DNA of 24,000 bases from an uncultured Barnesiella sp. (GTDB lineage Bacteria; Bacteroidota; Bacteroidia; Bacteroidales; Barnesiellaceae), in the NCBI GenBank assembly GCA_944320015.1, contig CALUFO010000005.1, positions 1 through 24,000 of the forward strand, in the 5' to 3' direction. The position numbers were made by a program, and so were the translations under genes. Shown one piece after another: positions 14,698 through 23,375 of the stretch (positions are counted from its first letter, which is position 1; each line of letters begins with the position of its first letter). The notes under the pieces are model-generated. The model did no database searches. It was not told the DNA's origin and worked only from the letters and a program-made list of their open reading frames with translations.

Positions 14698-15192
14698 CTA
14701 TTGCATAGGTTTTAAATAATCCAAAAATTTTATACTGTTATCATTTGCTTTGCTTATGGACGGATTCTTTGTGACCATTGTTTCTTCGTCCAGTATAATA
14801 TTTATATTGTCACCTTTTTTGATTACTCCTAATGACGCTATGTATAGTCTTGCATTTGAAGATAAATCATAAAACGGAGATTCTGGAGGAACCGCTTTAA
14901 ATGAAACTTGAACCTTAGAGCATGATTCTTGAACTTGTATAGCTTTTGATCTTCCGCCGCCATATGGTATATCATCTATGTTTATTTGCCCGATGTTGAT
15001 TCCATTTTCGTCTAATTCAAATGCGACAACTTCATACATTGTACCATTCAAGTATTCGTCTAAACTTGTTTCATATTTTTCTGAATTGTTGATAATGGTA
15101 AATGTTGAAATAGACGGCTCATCATCTTTTGAGCAGCCTGCAAACATAAATAAAACAGCCAACAAAGGCAGCATAAATGGTATTTTCTTCAT
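14698..15192 (-). CDS. Hypothetical small lipoprotein
   Basis: 164 aa. Signal peptide with lipobox MKKIPFMLPLLAVLFMFAGC. AT-rich. I recognise no family. Confidence 0.7.
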   Translation of the reverse strand: MKKIPFMLPLLAVLFMFAGCSKDDEPSISTFTIINNSEKYETSLDEYLNGTMYEVVAFELDENGINIGQINIDDIPYGGGRSKAIQVQESCSKVQVSFKAVPPESPFYDLSSNARLYIASLGVIKKGDNINIILDEETMVTKNPSISKANDNSIKFLDYLKPMQ

Positions 15193-15231
15193 TTTACATT
15201 GATTTTATCGATTAAACATTCGGATTCAACA

Positions 15232-15602
15232 TTATTTTCTTATATAGACAACGCTCTCTCCTCCCTGCGAAATATGTAACTTGTTATTCTGTATCACATA
15301 ATTGACTGTGCTGCTCGTTGAAGTTCCACCCTGCTTCATGAGTGCCGTAATGGTAGTCTCGGTTGCATTCCATGTAAATGATATTCTCGAACTCTCCTCT
15401 ACCTCACCATAAAACTCCATCCATTGATCTCCTGTTTTATCAGCTCGAAACTCTATATTATAGACTTCGTACTCCGATTTGGTATCCTCTACTCACAGAC
15501 CAACCAACTGCTGTTCATAGTCATTGACAGCATCGTCATCAGAGCAGGAAACAATAAAAAGCATGGGCAACATCGCGGCCAGCATAAAATGATTTTTCTC
15601 AT
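15232..15602 (-). pseudogene. Disrupted lipocalin-like lipoprotein gene (in-frame TGA plus probable 5' frameshift)
   Basis: My translation from ATG 15585: MLAAMLPMLFIVSCSDDDAVNDYEQQLVGL*VEDTKSEYEVYNIEFRADKTGDQWMEFYGE..., which continues in frame into the track ORF 15232..15420. The stop is TGA at 15493-15495, where the LxGxW context predicts TGG (Trp). The better signal-peptide start MRKII (ATG 15602) is in another frame. Confidence 0.65.
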
Positions 15603-15861
15603 AATTGCATTTTTAAATTGTGGTTATCTTTAATTACTTTAACTTAACGGCTGTAGAATCATAACAAATATAAAAAGTTCAATTCTGTTTGTCATAATTT
15701 TGTTTGAAATTTTAATATTATTTATGAAAGATATATCACTTTCCTTATTGTAAATCAAGGAATGGGAGTCCTGAGGATAGAACTGAAAGAGATGTAAAAC
15801 ACTGTATATGAGAGTGCTGTAAACTATTAGTCCGTGTGATGAGGAGGTTAAAAGCGACTTC

Positions 15862-18800
15862 TTACTGGCCGGTTACGCACAATTTCTTGGTGCGAGTGGT
15901 CTCGTGCTGGTTGTCGGTCGAGATAATGGCTTTGTACAGATAGATTCCGCCGGGGACCCTGCTGCCGCTGCTGTTTGTCAAATCCCATGTGACAGGATAG
16001 GACCGATACATGTCGGAGAGCCCTTTGCCGGTGTATCGCCATACTTCCACGCCCATGAGGTTGTAGACGCATATCGTTACATTTATCAACGCTTCGGGGC
16101 GATTGTGCCTCAAATAGAAGTTGGTCGATGTGCTGGCGGGGTTTTGGTCGGCATATAGGTCATAGATAACCGGTTTCAGCCCTTGTTCTACGGCGAAGGC
16201 GATTTCCACCTCCGACGAATTGTTCTCGGTATCCCATATTTTCAGGCGCAGGGTGTGCTCGCCGTCGCTTAATCCGTCCAGCGGGTAGGCGATAGAGCCT
16301 CGTCCAAACTCGCCTAACGCAGGCTCGAAGTAGGAGGCCACATCGGTATATACGGTCTGGTCGTCGAGTGTCACGGTCATCTGGTGGCCGATACCGGCGT
16401 CGGAGATATTCAATCCCGACTCGTCGAATACTTCGGCGATTAACAGCGGCGATTCATTGACTATGTCGCCGTTCTCGAAGTCCTCGGAATTGAGGTAGGC
16501 GTAGTATATTTCGGGCCCTTCGAAATCCTCGTTGGAGGAGTCGTTGAACCCGCCGACGATGAAATTCGATTCGTTTCCGCTTCCCTCTTGACCCTCGTCG
16601 TTGTAGCAATAGAGGTTTATGAGGCCTTTGTCATCGGCGAAGTTGATTTCCCGGGGAACTTTGAATGCGATTTCGAAAGTCCCGTTGACGATAGAGTCTT
16701 TGCCTACGAATAGCCGGTTGCTCCGTTGCTTGAACTCGATGGCTTCTCCCTGCTCGCCGTATCCATGGGTTACGGTGGTGATTTCCGAGTCGTAGACAGT
16801 GGGATAGATGACCCCGTTGTAGTCGGTCGCCTTTTCTCCCGAGGGGGTATATATCTCCCCTTTTATGGATACCGAGTCTCTCGCCTGTATGGTAGGGGTT
16901 GTTTGTGTGATGTCGAAACCGTTCACCTCGGTCACTTTTATTTGGTAATCGGGATATAATAGCCGCAAGGCCGGGTCGCCCAGCAGGGTGTAGTTCAGCT
17001 TGTTGCTGTCGGTCTGTTGGATATTGCATTTGGCTTCGCGCAGAATATCGCCGAGGCGGGGATATTCGAGGTTTTCGTCTTTTTTGAAGATTTCCCGGGC
17101 GATGCCGCTATTGATGTAGTGGTTGTCGCTGATGTAGACGACCCGGGTGGTGGTGATGAGCGCGATGCCGCCTCCGTCGGGGTTCAGGCACAGGATTTCG
17201 CCGGCCGAGGTGCTCTCGTGGTCATAGCGCCCGAAGTCGCAAGTGGCCGTGATGAACAGCGGTAGCCGTTTCAAGTACATCGATTGTATGTCGGTGATGT
17301 TCAGCAAATTCTCGTGAGTCCATGCGACCGTGCTGCCGTGCCCGATGTAGTCGATGACCAGCACCCCGTCGTCCAAGACTTGGAGCAATTTCTTTTTGGC
17401 GGCGGGATATGTGCGCCCTGTGGAGGCGATTTCGGCCGTATAGGCGTCGATGTAGATTTTGTTGATAAAGCAGTGTGCGTCGCTGTTTTCCAGTATGGAG
17501 CAAATGTCTTCGGCTTGTTTCATGTGCGCCGCGTAGTTTTCGTCGTCGGCGACGACGCAAACTTGGTTTTTCCACGTCCCTTTGTCGCTGTTGTGGACGT
17601 AGTTGTAGAGTTTGTTTACCACATTTTGGGCTTCTTGCTCGCTTTGCACGGGCAGCCGCCCTACGCTCACACGGAGTTTGTCGGCGGCGATGGTTTGCCC
17701 GGAGTTGTCGTCGAGAAACCCGAAGTAGTCGTCGGTCGTATAGGAGGCCCGTTCGTCGGTGCCGGTGCCGTGCTGGTAAGTCAGCAGAGTGGGATATTTC
17801 ACATATTTGCCGGTTTCGCCTATTTTGCGATTGTCATATAGTCCTTTCCCGAAAAGCAGCAGGTATAGCTGTTTGCCGTTGGTGCCGCCTTCGCGGTCGA
17901 AAAACATTTTCATCAGCCGGCGATAGGCTGTGGCGTCGGGCGTACCCGAAGAAAACTCGTTGAACACGGTCTCGTGGTCGATGACGGCGACTTCCATGCC
18001 GTCGACTTCTTGGTGCAACCGGGCAATCTCTTCGGCATAGGCGATGTATTCTTTGGGAGTGAGAATCACCATGTCGGGGGTAGCCATGCCGTGCAGGTCT
18101 TGGTTGGCCACGGTCTCGATAAACTCTACCGAAGCCACGGTGGCCTGCTCGTCAAAAGCGATGTATTCTTCGTTATCCTTGGTGGGAACAAAACGGGCGT
18201 TGCCGTTGTCGTTACGGGGGATAATGTTTACAGGCTGTTGGGGGTTTGAGATGTCCCAAATGTGGATTGCCGGGGTATAGCCTTGCAGGCTGTAACAGCC
18301 ATTCTCGGGGAGTTGGGCCAACCTGAATTGAAGGCTCCCGTTGTAGAGTTGCAGCTTGCGCTTGTAGTTGAACCGGAAGTAGTCGAGGCGGGCTAAGGTG
18401 AGGCTCCCCCTGTTTTGCCGGAACAGCAGGTTGAAGTCGAGTTCTTCGCTGTCGAGGTAGATCTCTTTGAGCGTGGAGGTCGTTTTCACAAAATCGTAGG
18501 AACTTTCCGACCCCGACGAGATATTGTCGGTGTTGCTCTCGGGCAGAGTTTCGCCGTTGTGGGTGAAGATGAGCTTGCTGTTCCCACCTACCACTTTCGC
18601 GCCGAATGCCGTGCGCAGCTTTACCGGCGCCGAATTGTCTACTCCCGGTAATTCGAACGTGAAGTCCTGTGAGGCGTTGTAGCGGAAGTCCTCGCCTAAG
18701 AATAGCCGACCGGTCGAGCCGGGAGAGTATAGGTCTTGTTCATAAACGGCATGCTCGTCAAACGAGGTAATGTCGGTCATGCCGTCTGTGGCGCCGCCGT

Positions 18801-19293
18801 CGCGCTCGGACAACGTGGCGGTCTTGCTTTTGCTATCGGTGAGGAAGTAGTATCCGGCGATAGAATAAGGATTCTGCTCGTGGGAGTACTCGCCCGATCG
18901 CGAGTCGTATTTCCACGAAATAGGCCCTTGTGCGTAGAAAAGTATTTTGCTGTCGGTGTAGACGACCGGTATTTGGGGCAGGTCGTCAATATCGTTTTCA
19001 GAGAAAGTCTCGGGCAAAATGGCACCGCCATATCCAAACACAGTTACGGCCGAAGGATCGGAGAATCCCCATTTGCTCAGTTCTTGGTAGGTGATTTGAT
19101 GAATCCCCGACTCGTAAACGGCCACTTTCACCCACAGGCCGTCGGCCAGTTGCGAGTGCGAGGCGTAATGGTCGGCATTCAGCGCATGCGCCGTCGCCGA
19201 GACAAGAAGCGTCACGCACAGGCATATACCTGTGCGCAAGCGTCGCAGCGGGTTTGTAGTGAGTATATTATAATGTTTTACAATCTCTTTCAT
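15862..19293 (-). CDS. Second PorU-like peptidase C25 paralogue (about 1143 aa)
   Basis: Same length and architecture as porU. Shared blocks EFSSGTPDATAYRRLMKMF, LLLFG.G.YDNRK, RLPLFIT.TC and KLNY.L.GDPAL.L.YP. Gingipain-like IDYIGHGSTVAW and LFITATCDF. I prefer ATG 19293 (MKEIVKHYN...RRLRTGICLCVTLLVSATAHA), because the 35-codon track extension runs into a repeat unit. Confidence 0.85.
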   Translation of the reverse strand: MKEIVKHYNILTTNPLRRLRTGICLCVTLLVSATAHALNADHYASHSQLADGLWVKVAVYESGIHQITYQELSKWGFSDPSAVTVFGYGGAILPETFSENDIDDLPQIPVVYTDSKILFYAQGPISWKYDSRSGEYSHEQNPYSIAGYYFLTDSKSKTATLSERDGGATDGMTDITSFDEHAVYEQDLYSPGSTGRLFLGEDFRYNASQDFTFELPGVDNSAPVKLRTAFGAKVVGGNSKLIFTHNGETLPESNTDNISSGSESSYDFVKTTSTLKEIYLDSEELDFNLLFRQNRGSLTLARLDYFRFNYKRKLQLYNGSLQFRLAQLPENGCYSLQGYTPAIHIWDISNPQQPVNIIPRNDNGNARFVPTKDNEEYIAFDEQATVASVEFIETVANQDLHGMATPDMVILTPKEYIAYAEEIARLHQEVDGMEVAVIDHETVFNEFSSGTPDATAYRRLMKMFFDREGGTNGKQLYLLLFGKGLYDNRKIGETGKYVKYPTLLTYQHGTGTDERASYTTDDYFGFLDDNSGQTIAADKLRVSVGRLPVQSEQEAQNVVNKLYNYVHNSDKGTWKNQVCVVADDENYAAHMKQAEDICSILENSDAHCFINKIYIDAYTAEIASTGRTYPAAKKKLLQVLDDGVLVIDYIGHGSTVAWTHENLLNITDIQSMYLKRLPLFITATCDFGRYDHESTSAGEILCLNPDGGGIALITTTRVVYISDNHYINSGIAREIFKKDENLEYPRLGDILREAKCNIQQTDSNKLNYTLLGDPALRLLYPDYQIKVTEVNGFDITQTTPTIQARDSVSIKGEIYTPSGEKATDYNGVIYPTVYDSEITTVTHGYGEQGEAIEFKQRSNRLFVGKDSIVNGTFEIAFKVPREINFADDKGLINLYCYNDEGQEGSGNESNFIVGGFNDSSNEDFEGPEIYYAYLNSEDFENGDIVNESPLLIAEVFDESGLNISDAGIGHQMTVTLDDQTVYTDVASYFEPALGEFGRGSIAYPLDGLSDGEHTLRLKIWDTENNSSEVEIAFAVEQGLKPVIYDLYADQNPASTSTNFYLRHNRPEALINVTICVYNLMGVEVWRYTGKGLSDMYRSYPVTWDLTNSSGSRVPGGIYLYKAIISTDNQHETTRTKKLCVTGQ

Positions 19294-19374
19294 GTATCCT
19301 ATATAACGCAAAACCTCCCGAATTATTGCCGCAGGTAAAAATATTCGTTTGTTCTTCTCAGCGGTAGGTAGCAA

Positions 19375-19650
19375 ACTCTCCCTCTGTGCCCCTTGCAATC
19401 GGTAAGTGGATACTTTTAAACTCCCCTCTATGTTCCCGTAAGGGAATATAGGGGAGTGCCGTAGCGAGGGGGTTGAATCTCCTCTGCGTTTACTATAATC
19501 GGCAAGGCGGTACTTTCATTTAAACTCCTCCCCTGTGTTTTGCGGAGCAAAATATAGGGGAGGTGTCACGCAGTGACGGAGGGGTTTAAATGTTTTTATA
19601 ACAGCCATATAGGGGAGACACCGAGGAGAGGGGTTGAAAAAATAGCAAAC
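19375..19650 (+). repeat. Stem-loop repeat mosaic (family 1): two complete forward units plus fragments
   Basis: Cores at 19421-19456 (GUAA subtype) and 19527-19563 (GGA subtype, with U->C making a C-G pair). The GUCAC-GCA-GUGAC second hairpin at 19565-19577. The TTTACTATAATCGGCAAGG module at 19489-19507. A 3' partial unit at 19591-19645. Confidence 0.85.
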
Positions 19651-19857
19651 ATGTCCGGCAGGGAAAACCGCCTTTATCGGGCCGGGAGGACGCCTGCCGG
19701 CGGAGGAAACAGGGCGAGGACTGTCTGAGCGAAGCGAGTTCCGCAGCCCCCGACGGCGGCAGCGGCGGCCGAGCGAATAAGCCCGATAACAGCGGCGGCG
19801 CTTCTTGGTTCCTTCTTCTCGCTGTTGAGAAGAATGAACAAATAGAAATCCTCTGTG
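19651..19857 (-). repeat. GC-rich ~208-bp element, copy B (family 2), inverted relative to copy A
   Basis: Its reverse complement aligns end to end with 6780-6988 at about 95 percent identity, block by block by eye. Confidence 0.9.
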
Positions 19858-19910
19858 TTTTGCGGAGCAAAATATAGGGGAGGTGTCACGCAGTTTACGG
19901 AGGGGCTTAA
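19849..19910 (+). repeat. Forward hairpin unit abutting family-2 copy B
   Basis: UCCUCUGUGUUUUGC-GGA-GCAAAAUAUAGGGGAGG at 19849-19883, followed by TGTCACGCAGTTTACGGAGGGGCTTAAAC. Confidence 0.8.
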
Positions 19911-20051
19911 ACGCTCATATACAGATTCCTAAGTTCTCGGAGGGGATTAAAGAAAAAAGGGATTGGACACAAAGGGAAAGCGGCGCACGGGGGGAGGAGA
20001 GGTTCCATTCTCCCCTGTGTCACGACAGTGATAAAAGGGAAACTCCGAGCC

Positions 20052-20753
20052 TCACAGCCGCCCCTCGTCGGCATAGCTGAAATAGCTGTCCTCTCCCACG
20101 ATAATATGGTCGAGAACCGCTATATCGAACAGAGCGGCGGCCGAACGTATCTTCTCGGTCACCTTGTCATCGGCGCCGCTGGGACGAAGGTTGTTCGACG
20201 GGTGGTTATGACACAGGACAATCGCCGAGGCCAGTTGTTGAAGCGCCGAGCGCATGACCAGTTTCACATCGACCACGGTCGCCGAAGTTCCACCTTGGCT
20301 CACCTTTATCGTATCGATTACCCTATTGGCCCTATTGAGCAACAACACCCAAAACTCCTCGTGCGGCAGGTCTATCATCTGCCCCCGCAACAGGTTATAG
20401 GCATCGGCGCTGCTGTTTATCGCCGGGCGTTTGGGCAACTCCTCGTCCCGGCGACGGCGGCCTATCTCGAGCGCGGCCATTATCGTAATGGCCTTGGCCT
20501 CGCCTATCCCTTTGAAAGGTTTCACAAAATCGTCGATGCCGTATTTCCCCAAGTTATTCAAGCTGTTCCCCGCCGCGTTGAGAATGCGCTGCGAAAGTTC
20601 CACCGCCGTCTCGTTGACATTCCCCGACCCGATGAGTATGGCAATCAGCTCGGCGTTGCTCAATGAGCGAATCCCATGCAGCATCATCTTTTCCCGGGGA
20701 CGGTCTTCAAGCGCCCATTCGGTAATCCTCAGTTTCTCCCGGCTGCTTCCCAT
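20052..20753 (-). CDS. radC: RadC-family JAB-domain protein (UPF0758)
   Basis: 233 aa. N-terminal EDRPREKMMLHGIRSLSNAELIAILIGSG, an HhH region GIGEAKAITIMAALEIGRR, and the JAMM-like motif LCHNHPSNNLRPSGADDKVT. Confidence 0.88.
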   Translation of the reverse strand: MGSSREKLRITEWALEDRPREKMMLHGIRSLSNAELIAILIGSGNVNETAVELSQRILNAAGNSLNNLGKYGIDDFVKPFKGIGEAKAITIMAALEIGRRRRDEELPKRPAINSSADAYNLLRGQMIDLPHEEFWVLLLNRANRVIDTIKVSQGGTSATVVDVKLVMRSALQQLASAIVLCHNHPSNNLRPSGADDKVTEKIRSAAALFDIAVLDHIIVGEDSYFSYADEGRL

Positions 20754-20755
20754 GA

Positions 20756-21751
20756 CTATCTCCCTTTTCGCAAACGTATTTCCTCGGCCTCGTCCCTGCC
20801 TCTGCCCAATACGACTTTTAAGAAAAAGGCCTTCAAGAATCCCAATCCATAGCCCCCCAATTGTATCACGCTGGCGACTACCGACAGCGCGGCGATTTTC
20901 AGCCTACGGTTCATGCACCACGAAACAACAAAGACCGCCAGCAGATAAACCGCCAACGGCAAAATGGCCGGCCACCAGAAAAACGAGCCGACAATCATAG
21001 CCAACGACCCTACGACAAAACAAGCCGGGAACCAATGCACCAGTTTCAGCGTATCGGGGTAAAGCAGGTAAAGCGATATGCGAGACATACCGAATATATA
21101 TATCTGACGGAAAAACAGCCGCATACTCATGCGGCGCTTGTGATAGACATAAGCGTCGCGGATAAGAGCGATGCCGAATCCTGCCTGCCGAATGCGGGTA
21201 CTCATATCGATGTCCTCGCTAAACATCTCCCTGAATCCGCCCACCCGTTCATAAACGGCGCGGGAGAAACCCATATTGAAGGTGCGGGGCGTAAATTTTT
21301 CGAGTTGCACCTTCCCCCCTCTGATGCCTCCGGTCGTAAGGAACGACGTCATAGAATAGTTTATCGCTTTCTGCACATCGGTAAACGAGTCGTGAGCCGC
21401 GTCGGGGCCGCCGAAACAATCGACATACCGCTCGCGCAAAGCTCCGCTCAATATCTCGAAATAGCGCTCGGGAATCACACAGTCCGAGTCGAAAAATATA
21501 AAATAGTCGCCTGTCGCCCGCTCCATACCATAATTGCGGGCGATACTCCGCCCCTCGTTCTCTTTATAATAATAATGTATATCTATCGAGCGGGCATATT
21601 GTTCCACGGCATCGGCGCATCGCACGGTAGAGCCGTCCTCGACCAAAACCACCTCAAAATCCTTACAGGTCTGTACCGACAGGCTTTTGAGCAAATCGCC
21701 CACCTCGTCGGGTCGGTTGTACACCGGAATTATAATCGAAAAATAGGGCAT
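20756..21751 (-). CDS. Family 2 glycosyltransferase with a C-terminal membrane domain
   Basis: MPYFSIIIPVYNRPDEVGDLLKSLSVQTCKDFEVVLVEDGS...FFDSDC is the GT2 (GT-A fold, DxD) signature. The C-terminal third is hydrophobic. I prefer ATG 21751, because a TATTTTTG -7 box sits inside the longer track ORF. The stop lies 2 nt before the radC ATG. Confidence 0.85.
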   Translation of the reverse strand: MPYFSIIIPVYNRPDEVGDLLKSLSVQTCKDFEVVLVEDGSTVRCADAVEQYARSIDIHYYYKENEGRSIARNYGMERATGDYFIFFDSDCVIPERYFEILSGALRERYVDCFGGPDAAHDSFTDVQKAINYSMTSFLTTGGIRGGKVQLEKFTPRTFNMGFSRAVYERVGGFREMFSEDIDMSTRIRQAGFGIALIRDAYVYHKRRMSMRLFFRQIYIFGMSRISLYLLYPDTLKLVHWFPACFVVGSLAMIVGSFFWWPAILPLAVYLLAVFVVSWCMNRRLKIAALSVVASVIQLGGYGLGFLKAFFLKVVLGRGRDEAEEIRLRKGR

Positions 21752-21774
21752 AACGACAAATATTCTGTTTTTTA

Positions 21775-21782
21775 CAAAAATA
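21775..21782 (-). promoter_or_regulatory. Candidate -7 box (TATTTTTG) for the GT2-radC pair
   Basis: Exact TAnnTTTG match on the minus strand, 24 nt upstream of ATG 21751. Confidence 0.4.
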
Positions 21783-21833
21783 CATTTTTTCATGAAATCC
21801 GGCACAAAATTCGGGAAAACTCTTTTGTTTTTA

Positions 21834-21901
21834 TCCTCCTCCCGGTGGAAGATTCCGGGCGAGGACTGTTTGAGCGCAGCGAGTTCCGCAGCCCCCGACG
21901 G
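21834..21901 (-). repeat. Partial copy of the family-2 core
   Basis: GGGCGAGGACTGTTTGAGCGCAGCGAGTTCCGCAGCCCCCGACGG, against GGGCGAGGACTGTCTGAGCGAAGCGAGTTCCGCAGCCCCCGACGG at 19712-19756. Two substitutions, same orientation as copy B. Confidence 0.75.
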
Positions 21902-21959
21902 TATCCAATTGCGGCTTTCGTTCGACGACCTGCTTTGATGGGGTCAGTAGAGAATCTGC

Positions 21960-22320
21960 ATGAGAGGGGTTGAAAGAATAATGAATTTAGCAAGCTGTAT
22001 ATAAGGGCATTTTAAACTTCTCCTCTGTGTCACGAAGTGATATAGGGGAGACACCGAGGAACAACAGTTCCGAGGAGAGGGGTTAAAATCCATAGAATCA
22101 AAGCTGTATGAAAGAGAGATTTAAACCCCTCCGTCACTGCGTGACACCTCCCCTATATTTTGCTCCACAAAACACAGGGGAGGAGTTTAGAACAACCCCC
22201 TCGGCACATTAAAGTGCCACTCCCCCTATATTTCCCTTACGGGAACACAGAGGGAGAGTTTAAAAGTCCCGTCTTGCCGTTTGCAGTAACCGCAGGAGAG
22301 GGAGTGTAATTACCCTTAAC
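21960..22320. repeat. Stem-loop repeat mosaic (family 1): one forward and two reverse units
   Basis: Cores at 22029-22061 (forward, CAC-GAA-GUG), 22157-22193 (reverse, GGA subtype) and 22230-22268 (reverse, GUAA subtype). The TCTTGCCGTTTGCAGTAA module at 22282-22299. Confidence 0.85.
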
Positions 22321-22385
22321 CGTCAATGCCGATAACGTTTCCCGCAGGTTTTATATCGGCTCCTTTAATGCGGCGCCACACGCAA

Positions 22386-23375
22386 TCACCACACTACTTT
22401 CCGCACGATGCGTCCGCCACGGTTGTCGGTGAGAGCCACGATATAGACACCCGGGACGAAGCCGGTCGTGGGAATGACCACCTCGCCCGGCATCCCGTCG
22501 AGATAGTCACACCATGCCACCCGGCCGGTCGTGTCGATCAGCTCGGCCATGCGGTAACCGTCGGGCAAAGTCACGATTAAGGCCTCGGTTGTGCGGGCAA
22601 CGCGCAGAGGCGCCGATTCGTTCCCGGCAATGCCGCTTATACACGGGTCGGGCGTAAAATCATGAAAGTCCAGCACCTCATAGGTGTATTCCCCATTTAC
22701 CCTTTGATACAACAAATAGAACGGAGGTCTCATGCAGGTGGTATAGTCCATATAGAATTGAGCCAACGGATATTCGCTGATTTCTCCCAAGCCTACCACC
22801 CATGTGTTGCCGTTGTTCCAGACAATGGCTTTCCGCTTCTGCCCGGCCACGGTAATCGAGTCTATACTCGACACTTCGAATCCCGAATAGGGGTCGAGTT
22901 CATCGCCCTCCTGATATATAGGGTCGCCACACCATTCCCGGCCCGGTATCGCGCCCCAATCATCGATGTCCTCGGGACGACGGAAATACGATCCTTCGTC
23001 CATGCGCAGGGTATCGCCCACCTCCAGCGTAAAGTCATACAGGAGCTTGTCGACATATTTCCCGTCGACGCTGTCGAGCACATAGACTTTTTGATCTTCC
23101 TCCCGCACCAATGCCAGCAGCCGGCGAGAGTCGGGGTTGTCGAAATCGCAACCCTCATAACTATACAGCCTATTATAGGCTTTATTGTTTACATATACTT
23201 GATCTTCATAGTTTCCCGCCAGATAATATCGGGGGAATTGTGTCCTCCCTTCGCCCGGCGACGCATCGTAATAGGTCCAATCGGCCTCTTTGACAAAAGG
23301 CACATACTCCTGCGCTTGCAAGGCCATGCCGCCGAATAGCAGCAAACCCCATCCTAATAATATCTTTCGTTTCAT
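22386..23375 (-). CDS. Hypothetical secreted protein with a T9SS C-terminal sorting domain
   Basis: 329 aa. Signal peptide MKRKILLGWGLLLFGGMALQA. The C-terminal ~75 aa (...LRVARTTEALIVTLPDGYRMAELIDTTGRVAW...GFVPGVYIVALTDNRGGRIVRKVVW) fit the T9SS CTD pattern. I do not recognise the N-terminal domain. Confidence 0.75.
   Translation of the reverse strand: MKRKILLGWGLLLFGGMALQAQEYVPFVKEADWTYYDASPGEGRTQFPRYYLAGNYEDQVYVNNKAYNRLYSYEGCDFDNPDSRRLLALVREEDQKVYVLDSVDGKYVDKLLYDFTLEVGDTLRMDEGSYFRRPEDIDDWGAIPGREWCGDPIYQEGDELDPYSGFEVSSIDSITVAGQKRKAIVWNNGNTWVVGLGEISEYPLAQFYMDYTTCMRPPFYLLYQRVNGEYTYEVLDFHDFTPDPCISGIAGNESAPLRVARTTEALIVTLPDGYRMAELIDTTGRVAWCDYLDGMPGEVVIPTTGFVPGVYIVALTDNRGGRIVRKVVW

Noticed and set aside
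15493-15495. TGA read as Trp (alternative genetic code) or as selenocysteine
   Set aside because: TGA terminates several well-supported genes here (the AraC-family gene, rpmA, porV). I see no SECIS-like hairpin downstream, and a second frame problem at the 5' end points to decay.
19294-19398. N-terminal extensions proposed by the ORF track: porU-2 to 19398, porU to TTG 12383, rex to 13698, GT2 to 21805
   Set aside because: The extensions precede better signal peptides or family-typical N-termini. They run into repeat units (porU-2), overlap the upstream gene using TTG (porU), or contain the gene's own TAnnTTTG promoter box (rex, GT2).
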